DNA of 64,000 bases from a bacterium (GTDB lineage Bacteria > Electryoneota > Electryoneia > Electryoneales > Electryoneaceae), in contig JAHLLB010000021.1 of the NCBI GenBank assembly GCA_020444425.1, positions 5,038 through 69,037 on the forward strand, read 5' to 3'. Below the pieces are notes generated by a model that ran no database searches, had not been told where the DNA came from, and was given only the letters and a program-made list of their open reading frames with translations. Shown in pieces: positions 28,220 through 38,618 of the stretch. Positions within the stretch are counted from its first letter, which is position 1. Each line of letters begins with the position of its first letter. The position numbers and the translations under genes are program-made.

Positions 28220-28336
28220 CCATCACCCCCCGTAGTACCGATGTCAGGCGGAACGTTTCCGCCACGTCAGTAAGATAAGGCGAAACGGTATGGTATTACT
28301 GCGAACAGGTGAAAAAGCCGACACTAAACGGACAAA

Positions 28337-31300
28337 TCAGCCGACAGTCTCCAGCCGCAGGTTGCCCTCGCCGAGCAGTTCTTCGACGGCCTTGATGAAC
28401 TCGTGGTGCGGGTTGACTTTATAGCGCGTGCTGGTCATGATCCAGCGGCCACCGTCGCCGTTGTGGAAATGGATCTTCAGCGCCACCCCGCCCGGATTGT
28501 CGCGCAGGATCTTTTCGAGGTTGAACATCGCCTGCGCGTCGCGGTCGCTGTCCCAGCGGATGCGCACCGCGCGGATCAGGCGTTTGGTGGCGACTTCCAG
28601 CGCTTCCATGTCCTCAACGATCAGCTCGACCTGTTCCTGCTGGATCTTCACCTTGCCGGCGATGAGGAACGGTTCATCCTCCTTCATCACCTCGCGGACC
28701 TTTTCGAATGCTCGTGGGAAAATCAGCAGCGGGATGATGCCGGTGAGGTCCTCGAGCTTGGCGCGCGCCATCATGTCGCCGTTGCGGGTCTGGCGCTTTT
28801 CAATCGAGTTGAGCAGGCCGACGAGACGCAGCGAGGTGCCGTCCTGCAGTTCGGGCAGGTCGACGATCTTATGCATGGAGAGCGCGTCCGCTTCGAGACG
28901 GTAGCGTAACAACGGATGTCCTGAGAAGTAGAAGCCGAGGCGTTCGCGTTCGGCGGTGAGCAGGTCTTTGACACTCATTTCCGGCGCGTGCGGCAGTTCC
29001 GGGCGTGGCAGACCGCCCATGTCGTCATCGTCATCCTCATCGCCGCCACCAAACAGGCTCACCTGTCCGCGCGCTTTCTCTTCCTGCAACTGACGGCCAT
29101 AGGTCATCGCACGTTCGACGCACTGGTACTGCTGGTTTCGATGGCCTTCCAACTCACGTGCCGCTCCGGCGAGGATCAGGTTCTCGAGTACGGCCCGGGT
29201 GACCATGCGGCTGTCGATGCGTCCCGCGAGGTCGAACAGGTCGCGGAAGCTGCCGCCGGAATCTCGTGCGCCGAGGATGTTCTGGATCGCGCCGGAACCC
29301 ACGCCCTTGATCGCGGTGAGGCCGAACCGCACCTCGCCGCTTTCGGTGACGGTAAAATCTTCTTCCGACTCGTTGATGTTCGGCGGCAGAACTGGAATGC
29401 CCATGCGGCGGCATTCCTCGAGGAACAGGACGACTTCGTCCGTGTTGTCCTTGCGGCTGGTCATCGACGCCGCCATGAACTCCGCCGGGAAGTGCGTTTT
29501 CAGGTAGCCGGTCTGGTAGGCAACCAGCGAATACCCGGCGGCGTGGGACTTGTTGAAGCCGTAGGACGCGAACTTCTCGATCAACGCCCACAGTTCCATC
29601 GCCTTGGACTTATCGAGGCCGGATTCGCGGCAACCTTCGACGAACTCCGGCATCATCTCGTTCATCAACTTCAGCTTCTTCTTGCCCATCGCACGGCGCA
29701 GCAAATCGGCTCGACCGAGGCTGAAGCCGGCGATCTGGTTCGCGATCTGCATCACCTGTTCCTGGTAGACGATGATGCCGTACGTCTCGTCCAGGATCGG
29801 CGCCAGCTTCGGGTGCAGGTAGGTGACTTTCTGGCGGCCGTGCTTACGCGCGATGAAGTCGTCGATGTTCGCCATCGGGCCGGGGCGGTAGAGCGCGTTC
29901 ATCGCGATCAGGTCTTCCAGCCGTTCCGGCTGCAGCTTGCGCAGGTTTTCGCGCATGCCACCGGATTCAAACTGGAAGATGCCGATGGTGTCACCACGGG
30001 CAAACAGATCGTAGGTCGGCTTGTCGTCAACCGGGATCTCATCCAGCTCAAGCTCGATGCCTTTTTTGCGGATCAATGCCAGCGCGTTTTCGAGGATGGT
30101 CAGCGTCTTCAGCCCGAGGAAGTCGACCTTGAGCAGCCCCAGCGCTTCGGAGTTGTTCATGTCGAACTGGACGACGACACCTTGATCGCCCGCCTTGCTG
30201 AGCGGGGCGAATTCGGTAATCGGCTCGGGGGTGATGATGACACCGGCGGCGTGTACGCCCTGGTTACGGACGGTGCCTTCGAGGGTCAGCGCGCGGTCCA
30301 TCAATTCACGGTACTCGGGCCGTGAGTCGATCAGCTCACGCAATTCGGGAACAACCTTCAACGCCTCGGATAGTTTCTTCGCCTTGCCCTGCACGGGGTC
30401 AGGAATCAACTTCGCGATGGCGTTGACCTCGTCCAACGGCAGAGCCATCACCCGGCCAACATCCCGGATCACCTGCTTCGACAACATGCGGCCGAAGGTG
30501 ATGATCTGCGAAACGCAGTCCGCGCCGTACTTCTTGCGCACGTATTCGATCACTTCCGCACGGCGGGAGTCGGAGAAGTCAACGTCGATATCGGGGTAGG
30601 ATTCGCGTTCAGGGTTGATAAATCGTTCGAACAGCAGGTTGTAGCGCATCGGGTCGATGTTCGTGATCCCGATGAGGTACGAGACCAGCGATCCCGCCGC
30701 GCTGCCACGTCCCGGCCCGACCGGAATCAGGCGTTCTTTCGCGAACATGATGAAGTCGCGCACGATGAGGAAATAGGACGACAGGTGCTTGGTCTGGATA
30801 ATGTCGAGCTCGAACTCCATCCGCTGGTAGAGGTCGTCCGTGACATCATCGTAGCGTTCCGGCAGCCCTTCCTCGCACAACATCCGCAGGTATTCGAAGT
30901 CGTCGTTAACTCCGGCGTCCGTCGGGATGGTGAATTCGGGGAAATGCTTCTCGCCGAACTTGAGTTCGAAGTCGATCTTGTTCGCTATCTCGAGCGTGTT
31001 CGAGATGGCTTCGGGTCTGCGGGCGAACAACGCCTGCATCTCGTCCGGAGATTTGAAGTAGTACTGGTCCCCTGGCAGCTTCGGACGAGACGGGTTATTG
31101 ATATCTGTGCGCATGCCGACGCAACGCAGCACATCATGCGCCTCGGCGTGTTCCTGCTTCAGGTAATGGACGTGGTTCGACGCGACCACCGGAATGCCCA
31201 GTTCCTTGCCCAGCTCGATGTGGAACTGGTTGTTGCGTTTCTCATCGTCTAAGTGATGGTCCATCAGCTCGAGGTAGAAGTCGTCGCCGAACAGTTCGCG

Positions 31301-31792
31301 CAGTCGCAGGACGACATTCCGTGCTTCGTCTTCCTTGCCCAATGACAGCATGCGGTTCGGGTGGCTGAGCGGAGAACCGGACAGGCAGATCAGGCCTTCA
31401 TGGTGCTTCTCGAGCAGTTCGTAGTCGATGCGCGGTTTGTAGTAAAAGCCCTGCAGGTAGGCTTTGGACGACAGCTTCATCAGGTTGCGCCAGCCGGTAG
31501 CGTTCTTGACCAACAGGGGCAAATGGTACAGGGTCGGGATGCGACCGTGCATGTCCGGGCCATGATCCTTGCGATTGCCTTCGATGACGAAGAACTCGCA
31601 GCCGAGGATCGGTTTGACGCCGACCCGCTGCATCGCCTGGAAAAATTCCGGCGCGCCGCAGAGGTTGCCGTAGTCGGTCAGCGCGACCGCCGGCAGTTGC
31701 ATCCGTTCCGCTTCCTCCGCCAATTCATTGATGTGGATGGTGGCTTCGAGGAAGCTGTATTCGCTGTGAACGTGCAGATGGGCGAAGCTCAT
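28337..31792 (-). CDS. dnaE: DNA polymerase III subunit alpha
   Basis: ORF track gives 28337..31873; start at MSFAHLHVHSEYSFLEA (PHP domain). Polymerase core motifs follow (DIDVDF, GLLKVDFLGL, FNKSHAAGY), with an OB fold at the C-terminus. Confidence 0.95.
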   Translation of the reverse strand: MSFAHLHVHSEYSFLEATIHINELAEEAERMQLPAVALTDYGNLCGAPEFFQAMQRVGVKPILGCEFFVIEGNRKDHGPDMHGRIPTLYHLPLLVKNATGWRNLMKLSSKAYLQGFYYKPRIDYELLEKHHEGLICLSGSPLSHPNRMLSLGKEDEARNVVLRLRELFGDDFYLELMDHHLDDEKRNNQFHIELGKELGIPVVASNHVHYLKQEHAEAHDVLRCVGMRTDINNPSRPKLPGDQYYFKSPDEMQALFARRPEAISNTLEIANKIDFELKFGEKHFPEFTIPTDAGVNDDFEYLRMLCEEGLPERYDDVTDDLYQRMEFELDIIQTKHLSSYFLIVRDFIMFAKERLIPVGPGRGSAAGSLVSYLIGITNIDPMRYNLLFERFINPERESYPDIDVDFSDSRRAEVIEYVRKKYGADCVSQIITFGRMLSKQVIRDVGRVMALPLDEVNAIAKLIPDPVQGKAKKLSEALKVVPELRELIDSRPEYRELMDRALTLEGTVRNQGVHAAGVIITPEPITEFAPLSKAGDQGVVVQFDMNNSEALGLLKVDFLGLKTLTILENALALIRKKGIELELDEIPVDDKPTYDLFARGDTIGIFQFESGGMRENLRKLQPERLEDLIAMNALYRPGPMANIDDFIARKHGRQKVTYLHPKLAPILDETYGIIVYQEQVMQIANQIAGFSLGRADLLRRAMGKKKLKLMNEMMPEFVEGCRESGLDKSKAMELWALIEKFASYGFNKSHAAGYSLVAYQTGYLKTHFPAEFMAASMTSRKDNTDEVVLFLEECRRMGIPVLPPNINESEEDFTVTESGEVRFGLTAIKGVGSGAIQNILGARDSGGSFRDLFDLAGRIDSRMVTRAVLENLILAGAARELEGHRNQQYQCVERAMTYGRQLQEEKARGQVSLFGGGDEDDDDDMGGLPRPELPHAPEMSVKDLLTAERERLGFYFSGHPLLRYRLEADALSMHKIVDLPELQDGTSLRLVGLLNSIEKRQTRNGDMMARAKLEDLTGIIPLLIFPRAFEKVREVMKEDEPFLIAGKVKIQQEQVELIVEDMEALEVATKRLIRAVRIRWDSDRDAQAMFNLEKILRDNPGGVALKIHFHNGDGGRWIMTSTRYKVNPHHEFIKAVEELLGEGNLRLETVG

Positions 31793-31968
31793 CGGGTTTA
31801 GCTCGTTTAGGTAACAACTGCAACTGTTTACATGCACTGTTCTTACGATTTTCCAATCGATATTAATTTTCATTCAATGTGAACAAACAAATTCAAAGGC
31901 AACTATGTAGTTCTAAGTCTGGTTCAACTTAATTACTCATCGATCATGGTATCGGCAGTAAATGATCG

Positions 31969-34830
31969 CTATTTTTTTGTGGGATTGCCAATTTCCTCAC
32001 CCGATAGACCAGGTTCACGTACAAGAAGTTCGCGGATGGAACTGATGTCCGGTAAATCCAGAGTTTTTCGAAATGCATCATCTATTTCATGTCGAACTGG
32101 ATCTACATCAAGTTCGGCGATGGCCAATAGTTGCTTCTTGGCAAGTACATCGTAAGCCTCGCCAAGTTCAGTTAGTATTTCCTTTGACAAATCCTTAACA
32201 TTGAGAACCTGCATCGAAGCCCATGCAGGTTTCTTCATTTGCATCCATGAGCCTCTAGTTATTGCACGTCGTCCATAGTAGGACAGCACTCCGAAGGTCG
32301 AGTTGAACCAGAGTAATAAGGCTTTTCGCTGATTAGCTGAGAGTTTGGCGTCATTGAACGCCCACCAAGTATTGCCGAGAACCTCCTTGTCAAACCCTGT
32401 CGCGATAGTACGATGTGTGTTTGTCCAGAGCCTTGAGACCAGCAGCGTTTTTCCCGCTTTCGACCAAACAGCATTAGCGTCTTTGAGCTTTCTTTTTGGA
32501 AGGGCTTTTGTTCGCGCAATCAGTGTGGCATTTGGCTCTTGAGCAATTGTCTGAACTTTTGTCGCGTCATGATTCCAGAACGCGGTATACGGTGACCACG
32601 TGCTTGCTGAATCATCCACTTCAAAAGCATCGAAAATATCTCTGACATCATAACCAAGTTCGCCAAGCTCATCGAGACGGCACAACTTAACTTTCTTCCC
32701 TGTTGAGCTGCCGGGAACGCGAATTTCATGGTTGTTGTTCAGCTGCCAGTACGCTTGCATCAAATGGCGCTGTGCAAATATGGCACCTGTCCAATTATCG
32801 CCACCTTCGGGAGCCGGAAGGCTAGCCATCTCACCAATGACCCGCGTACCGGTTCTCACGATTCTAGTTTCTCCTACCCTTTGTCCGACATTTGCGATTT
32901 CGCAAGCAATTCGGGACGCACAATCTAACGCTTCATGAATCGTGCGTGGGTTGTGCCACAAGTTCACGTAGATTGTCGTTCCAGGCTTCTCTTTCACCTG
33001 CAAACGCCGAGCAATAAACAATATCTCGGACAAATGGGTATTTTCTGAGAAGTTGGGTCGCTCATTGTCATGGCTGGTAATGACCACCTCTAAGTGAAAT
33101 TCAGTCGCAATAAGTCTTCGTATAGCACGCCAAGCTTCGCCGGTTGCTAAAGCCACTGGAAGGACAAAGGCAATGCGTCCCCCCCGTTTCGTATGAAGAT
33201 TTGCCAACGGCACAAACAGTGCCCCAAGCCCTGCGGTACCACTCACAGAGAACATTTTCGCCTGTTTAGAAAGAGCTTTTTGCAGTGCCGAACGTTCCTG
33301 AGGCAGGGAACCAAAAAGCCGGTTTCCATAACGGCTACTGGTAAATGGCGGATTCAAAACGCAAAGGTCGAGTTTCGGTACTTTCGCGTTAGTGTAGGTT
33401 GATTTTGATGCGCCTGTGCGAACCACATCCAACTGTGTATCGTCAAGTGCAAACTGAGTTCTAATCTCTTGACCTTCGAGGAAGTCGAGACTTCCAAGAC
33501 GCGGACGCCCATGGTCCAGCCCCATCGGCATGACGAACAGGTTCATGTTGCGGAAGGCCACGTCCGGGGCTAGGAGTGCTAGCGTAGAAGCGGTAAGATG
33601 AACCGCTGTAGGCAGAACATCATAGCCATGCATGACATTTTGCATAAGGGTTTGGTGAAGTATCGAGACATCTTTATCACTTAGAGAAAGATCCTGCTCA
33701 GCGCGGTCCCTGATGTGTCGATCAGTCAGTGCTTGCGCCGCAGCCATAAGAAGTGTACCAGTACCACAAGCGAGATCTGCAACTTTAAAATCAGCTAGCT
33801 CGCGTGGAGAGGCAAAATCATTTTTCCAGTCCAGTGCAAAAACAAGTTTTAGAAGCAAAGTAGCAGCTGAGACTGACGTATAATAGGTTCCAAGAAACTT
33901 TGCATCATGCAAAAGCCAATGGTATATGCGGCCCATAAGATCATGCCGCAAAGCAGCCTGCTGTCGACAAATAGCTTGTGCTTCACCTAGTAATGCCTTC
34001 ACTGCGAGCGTTGAATTCGGACTTGATGGAAGCTCGTCCAATAACCGTTCACCGAGCTGAAAGATTGGGACGTAATTGATATTCTCCCAAATCCAGTGCC
34101 AATGTTTGGATGTCGCGTCAACTACATCGGTGTTTTTTTCAATCTTTCGGAGTGTTTCGACCCGAGTGTCCGTTATAGAAAGCTGTTCCTGGAAAATGAA
34201 AGCGTTTGCAAGAACAAGTGCCGAAACTTTCGCAGCCGTATCGCGCCGATCAATTGTATTTGCTGGTTCCTCGCCTTCCGGTGGAATGATACCGAGAATA
34301 CGTGATAGACGATCACAGGCACCGGGCTGTCCATTCCAAAGTCGCGCGACTGTCTCCAACTGCGCCGATAGAGATTTAGCCACTTGCTCGACGATATCGT
34401 CTTGGGACAGCGCTTCCTGGACGCGTCTGAGCGCATCCATGAGTGAGGCTGGCGTTCCTTCGAACCACTCTTCACTTTCGTGAGATTCTGATACGATTCG
34501 ATAACGAAGTTTTGCGTTTTCAAGTGTTTCGATGATCTTGGTGGTTGGTGCAGAACGAAGTTCTAACGGATAGACAGCAGCAGCGGCTATGTGCGCAATG
34601 CCACTCGAAACGCGTTTACGCGCATCTTCGAGAACAACATCATAGGCAGAAGGATGATCGGTGAACTTTCCCTCTATGACGATACGCAAACCACGCATCT
34701 CAAATATCACATCAGGTCGATGTTTGCCGTGAACATGAATGGTCTCAGCGTCGGCAGTGACACCAAGCTTTGAAATAAGTATTGCGAGCTGAGTGTTGAC
34801 TGCTTCTTCGCGGTTTCTTTGCGCATTCAT
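31969..34830 (-). CDS. Type IIG/IIL-like restriction-modification enzyme (N-terminal PD-ExK nuclease-like domain + gamma-class N6-adenine DNA methyltransferase + C-terminal specificity region)
   Basis: 953 aa. N-terminus HGKHRPDVIFEMRGLRIVIEGKF (PD...ExK, HSDR_N-like). SAM motif I VADLACGTGTLLMAAA, motif IV LCVLNPPF, and a long C-terminal region. Lower-GC, differently biased codon usage compared with the flanking murA and dnaE. Confidence 0.7.
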   Translation of the reverse strand: MNAQRNREEAVNTQLAILISKLGVTADAETIHVHGKHRPDVIFEMRGLRIVIEGKFTDHPSAYDVVLEDARKRVSSGIAHIAAAAVYPLELRSAPTTKIIETLENAKLRYRIVSESHESEEWFEGTPASLMDALRRVQEALSQDDIVEQVAKSLSAQLETVARLWNGQPGACDRLSRILGIIPPEGEEPANTIDRRDTAAKVSALVLANAFIFQEQLSITDTRVETLRKIEKNTDVVDATSKHWHWIWENINYVPIFQLGERLLDELPSSPNSTLAVKALLGEAQAICRQQAALRHDLMGRIYHWLLHDAKFLGTYYTSVSAATLLLKLVFALDWKNDFASPRELADFKVADLACGTGTLLMAAAQALTDRHIRDRAEQDLSLSDKDVSILHQTLMQNVMHGYDVLPTAVHLTASTLALLAPDVAFRNMNLFVMPMGLDHGRPRLGSLDFLEGQEIRTQFALDDTQLDVVRTGASKSTYTNAKVPKLDLCVLNPPFTSSRYGNRLFGSLPQERSALQKALSKQAKMFSVSGTAGLGALFVPLANLHTKRGGRIAFVLPVALATGEAWRAIRRLIATEFHLEVVITSHDNERPNFSENTHLSEILFIARRLQVKEKPGTTIYVNLWHNPRTIHEALDCASRIACEIANVGQRVGETRIVRTGTRVIGEMASLPAPEGGDNWTGAIFAQRHLMQAYWQLNNNHEIRVPGSSTGKKVKLCRLDELGELGYDVRDIFDAFEVDDSASTWSPYTAFWNHDATKVQTIAQEPNATLIARTKALPKRKLKDANAVWSKAGKTLLVSRLWTNTHRTIATGFDKEVLGNTWWAFNDAKLSANQRKALLLWFNSTFGVLSYYGRRAITRGSWMQMKKPAWASMQVLNVKDLSKEILTELGEAYDVLAKKQLLAIAELDVDPVRHEIDDAFRKTLDLPDISSIRELLVREPGLSGEEIGNPTKK

Positions 34831-34859
34831 TTTGCTTGCCTTTACCTAAACAAGAGACT

Positions 34860-36122
34860 TCATCGTTCACCCACCCGATCAATGATTGCGCCGAGCGCGC
34901 GCAACTTGTCTTCCAGTTTTTCGTAACCTCGGTCGAGATGGTAGATCCGGCTGATGTGGGTTTCGCCCTCCGCCGCCAGTCCCGCGAGCACGAGACACGC
35001 CGACGCGCGCAGATCGGTCGACATCACCGGCGCGCCTTTCAGCTTCGACGGTCCCTGCACCTTGGCGACGTTTTCCTTCATCGTCACCTTCGCACCCAAC
35101 CGCATCAGTTCGGCGACGTGAGTGAAACGATCCGGATAAATGGTGTCGGTGACGAAACTGGCGCCGTTCGCCATGGACATCAGCGCGATCCACTGCGCCT
35201 GCATATCGGTCGCAAATCCGGGGTAGACGGCGGTTTCGACGTCCACCGGACGCAACTCGCCGTTGCGTTTGACCCGGATGCCATCCACGGTGACGGTCAC
35301 ATGCAGCCCCGCCTCCACCGATTTCGCGATGACCATGGTCAGGTGTTCCGGTTCCGCGCCCTTGAGGACGATCTCGCCGCCAGTCATGCCGACTGCCGCG
35401 AGGTACGTTCCCGCCTCGATACGATCCGGGATAACCGCCTGCTGCACGGGTTTCAGGTCACGTGTTCCGACAATGCGTAGCGTGCTGGTGCCGGTGCCTT
35501 CGATGGTCGCGCCCATCTGCTGCAGCATGCGCACCAGGGCGGTGACCTCCGGTTCCCGGGCGACGTTGTCGAGGACCGTCTCCTCCGGGATCGTCGCCGC
35601 CACGAGCAGCAGGTTGACCGTCGCACCGACACTGGGAAAGCTGAGCACGAAGTTGGTTCCGTGGATATTGGCCGCGTCCGCGACAACGTAGCCTTCGTCG
35701 AGGTCGATACTCACACCCATCGCCTCGAAGCCCTTCATGTGGATGTCCACCGGACGCGGACCCCACGCGCAGCCACCGGGCAACGAGACCTTGCCCTTGC
35801 GCAGCCGTCCGATTAACGCCCCGAGGGCGTAAAACGACGCGCGCATGGTCTTCACCAGCTCGTACGGCGCGGTGTCGGAGGTCAAGTTGGCGGCATCCAG
35901 CGACATCGTACCGGCGTCCCGGTCATGCTCAACTTCGAGACCGAGGTTGGCGAGCACACGGCCCATCGTGCCGACGTCCACAAGACGCGGGACGTTGCTG
36001 AGCGTCGTCTTGCCTGGTGCGAGCACGGCGGCGGCCATCAACGGTAACGCGGCGTTCTTCGCGCCCGCGACCTGGATGTTGCCGTACAGCTCGTGCCCGC
36101 CCTGGATGATCAGTTTGTCCAT
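34860..36122 (-). CDS. murA: UDP-N-acetylglucosamine 1-carboxyvinyltransferase
   Basis: MDKLIIQGGHELYGNIQVAGAKNAALPLMAA, active-site region LPGGCAWGPRPVD, 420 aa. Confidence 0.95.
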   Translation of the reverse strand: MDKLIIQGGHELYGNIQVAGAKNAALPLMAAAVLAPGKTTLSNVPRLVDVGTMGRVLANLGLEVEHDRDAGTMSLDAANLTSDTAPYELVKTMRASFYALGALIGRLRKGKVSLPGGCAWGPRPVDIHMKGFEAMGVSIDLDEGYVVADAANIHGTNFVLSFPSVGATVNLLLVAATIPEETVLDNVAREPEVTALVRMLQQMGATIEGTGTSTLRIVGTRDLKPVQQAVIPDRIEAGTYLAAVGMTGGEIVLKGAEPEHLTMVIAKSVEAGLHVTVTVDGIRVKRNGELRPVDVETAVYPGFATDMQAQWIALMSMANGASFVTDTIYPDRFTHVAELMRLGAKVTMKENVAKVQGPSKLKGAPVMSTDLRASACLVLAGLAAEGETHISRIYHLDRGYEKLEDKLRALGAIIDRVGER

Positions 36123-36150
36123 GTTTCGGCTATTGGCTATGGGCCGTTGG

Positions 36151-37821
36151 CTATAGGCCCGGGTTTACGTTGGCTGGATTGTGTTCAATCAACTCTCTCG
36201 CGGCGGCGCGGCTGCCATCGGTAACCGACTCGCCACCGAGTAGGCGCGCGATCTCGTCGATTTGTTCCTGACTGCCGACGGGCAGGTTGCGCATCGTGAC
36301 CTTCGTAGAATCTGCGCCGGTCTGTTTCTCGATCACGAAATGGTGGTCGGCGAGGCTGGCGATCTGCGGCAGATGGGTCACCAGGATCACTTGCCGGATC
36401 CGGCTCAGCTCCTTCAACCGCAGCCCGACCTGACGCGCGGTCTTGCCGGAAATGCCTGTATCGACCTCGTCAAACACCAGCACCGGCGGCAGTCCCTCCG
36501 GCGGGCTTAGCCCGCGCAACAGCAGCATCATTCGGCTAAGTTCACCGCCGGACGCCACCCGCTGCAATGCCTTCGGTTCATGGCCCGGGTTGAAGGAGAT
36601 GCGGAACTCGTAACGGTCCCACCCATCCGGACCGACGCAGTGCGCACCACTGTGGGGAAACTCGACCGTCTCCCCCTCTTCCTCTACACGATGGATCTCG
36701 AAGCGCGGTTTCTCGACACCCACCGAGCGCAGTCCTTCTTCCATCGCCGCCTGCATCTGCGGCAGGATCGACACTCGAGCCGCGGATACATTCTCGCACG
36801 CCGTTTCCCAGCGTTCGAGGTGCTTTCTGATCTCACGGTCGAGCCGGTCACGTTCGCGCTGCAGGTCCTCGCTGTCATCTTCCCGTGTGCGCAGGTCGCG
36901 CCAGGTGTCGAGCAGCGCCTGCATCGAGCCGCCGTACTTGCGGATCAGACGCAACAATTGCCCATGCCGGTCGCGTACCTGTTCCAACTGATCCGGGTCA
37001 AGATTCACATCATCGCGGCGGTTGGCAAGATCGAGGGACGCCTGGCGCAAGACGTCCAACGCTTCATTCAACGCTGTTTCCTGCGACTTCAGGGACTCGT
37101 CAATGCGCGCCAGGTCACGTACTTCCTGGATGATCGCTGCCAACTGGTCGGAGACTGGCGCGTCCCCCTGGTCCAGCGCGTCCACGGTGTTGCTCAATCC
37201 GGTGAGCAGGCTTTCCGCTCCCTCGAGCAAGCGAATTTCACGCTCGAGCTCATCCTCTTCGTCCGGTTTCGGATCGAACGAATCGATTTCGGCCAACTGA
37301 TACCGCGCCAGCTCTTCGGTTTCCTTCAGCCGTGTGATCCGGGCTGTCAGCTTCGCGCGCCTGTCCTTGAACGACTGATACGTCGCGTGCAACTCGCCCA
37401 ACTCGGTAACGTCGGCTTCCAATCCGCCGAAACGGTCGATGTGCTCGAGGTGCGTGGCAGGATCGAGCAGGGTTGCGCCGTCCCGCTGCGCGGTCAGCTC
37501 CACCCAGCGCCGTCCCTCCTCTTTCAGGGCGGCGATGGTGGTGGCGGAATCGTCGATCCGGGCCTTGGTGCGTCCGTCCGGACCGACTTCGCGGATCAGC
37601 GCACGGGTGCTGCCGTCCTGTTCGAACAACGCTGACACATTCGCCCGGTCCTCGCGCACGATGTCCGGATAGGCACGCTCGCCAAGCGTGAGCGCGATCG
37701 ATCCAATCAGGATTGACTTGCCCGCGCCGGTTTCGCCGGTGATCACATTCAGGCCGTTGGCGAATTCGAGTGCGAGTTCGTCGACGAGCGCGATATTCTT
37801 TATTTTCAACGATTTAAGCAA
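36151..37821 (-). CDS. recN: DNA repair protein RecN
   Basis: TTG start. MLKSLKIKNIALVDELALEF, Walker A GETGAGKS, long coiled-coil middle, ASGGELSRMML signature, Walker B VLVFDEVD. Confidence 0.9.
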   Translation of the reverse strand: MLKSLKIKNIALVDELALEFANGLNVITGETGAGKSILIGSIALTLGERAYPDIVREDRANVSALFEQDGSTRALIREVGPDGRTKARIDDSATTIAALKEEGRRWVELTAQRDGATLLDPATHLEHIDRFGGLEADVTELGELHATYQSFKDRRAKLTARITRLKETEELARYQLAEIDSFDPKPDEEDELEREIRLLEGAESLLTGLSNTVDALDQGDAPVSDQLAAIIQEVRDLARIDESLKSQETALNEALDVLRQASLDLANRRDDVNLDPDQLEQVRDRHGQLLRLIRKYGGSMQALLDTWRDLRTREDDSEDLQRERDRLDREIRKHLERWETACENVSAARVSILPQMQAAMEEGLRSVGVEKPRFEIHRVEEEGETVEFPHSGAHCVGPDGWDRYEFRISFNPGHEPKALQRVASGGELSRMMLLLRGLSPPEGLPPVLVFDEVDTGISGKTARQVGLRLKELSRIRQVILVTHLPQIASLADHHFVIEKQTGADSTKVTMRNLPVGSQEQIDEIARLLGGESVTDGSRAAARELIEHNPANVNPGL

Positions 37822-38015
37822 GAACTAGCCCCGGGATGAATGACGAAAGATACGCTCCCGGATGGTGCGATTGCTCGCTCGGAGCGTCAACAAGAAGTGC
37901 TCGGATGACGGGGGTGAAACCGGAGACGGGATAAGCCGACTCTCCCTCCGGACATCAGCCCGGAGGGAGAAGAATCGAATCACATTAAGGGAACCGAACT
38001 TTTTCCGGTTCGTGT

Positions 38016-38618
38016 TTATCCTGAATAGTCGCTGAAACTCGAGATGAGTTCTTCCATCGACTTGTGCGCACCCTCAAGGTCGAGGGAATAGATGCGCATG
38101 TCGTGGTAGCGGCCATACCGATCTTTGATATGATCTTTCAGGGTCGCTTCACGTGCGAATCCGAAGGTTTTCAGCATCTTGATGCCGTCAACGTGGTCTT
38201 TCGTCAACTGTGCGTAGAGTTTTTCGATCTCCATCGCTTGCGCGAGTGGGATCATTTCTTCGAACAATACAGTTGCAAGGCCATAGCGCCGATACTCAGG
38301 GTGTGAGACGAAGATGACGCGACCGACATGGCGGGTCCACAGCGCTTGCCCATGGTAGAGGGCGAGGGAACCGATAATCTTTCCATCATGCCAGGCAACG
38401 AGGAAGATGGCGCGATTATCTTCGAGTTGACGTTTCAGGACGCGTGGGTAATGCGGGGAGTTAACGTCATACGGCAACCGTGCAAGTGATTTGTCATCCA
38501 ACGTGCTGTACATCTCCATCAGATCGTTGAGCTGGGAAGCATTCAGCAGGTTGATTTCAACTTCGAGATGCCTCCTGACCTTGATGGACAGTGGTAAGCG
38601 ATTGTCTGTCTTTACCAT
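38016..38618 (-). CDS. GNAT-family N-acetyltransferase
   Basis: Acetyl-CoA binding pattern VSHPEYRRYGLATVLFEEMI (Q/R-x-x-G-x-A-like) and GNAT-sized beta/alpha layout, 200 aa. Confidence 0.75.
   Translation of the reverse strand: MVKTDNRLPLSIKVRRHLEVEINLLNASQLNDLMEMYSTLDDKSLARLPYDVNSPHYPRVLKRQLEDNRAIFLVAWHDGKIIGSLALYHGQALWTRHVGRVIFVSHPEYRRYGLATVLFEEMIPLAQAMEIEKLYAQLTKDHVDGIKMLKTFGFAREATLKDHIKDRYGRYHDMRIYSLDLEGAHKSMEELISSFSDYSG

Noticed and set aside
37941-37970. Perfect 11-bp hairpin TCTCCCTCCGG-acatcagc-CCGGAGGGAGA between recN and the GNAT gene, and the GAACCG...CGGTTC hairpin at 37991..38011 (GAAC-N8-GTTC), considered as terminators or as a recN SOS box.
   Set aside because: Neither is followed by a U-run on the relevant strand. 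The GAAC/GTTC spacing matches neither the palindrome at lexA nor any LexA box I know. Both are left unassigned.
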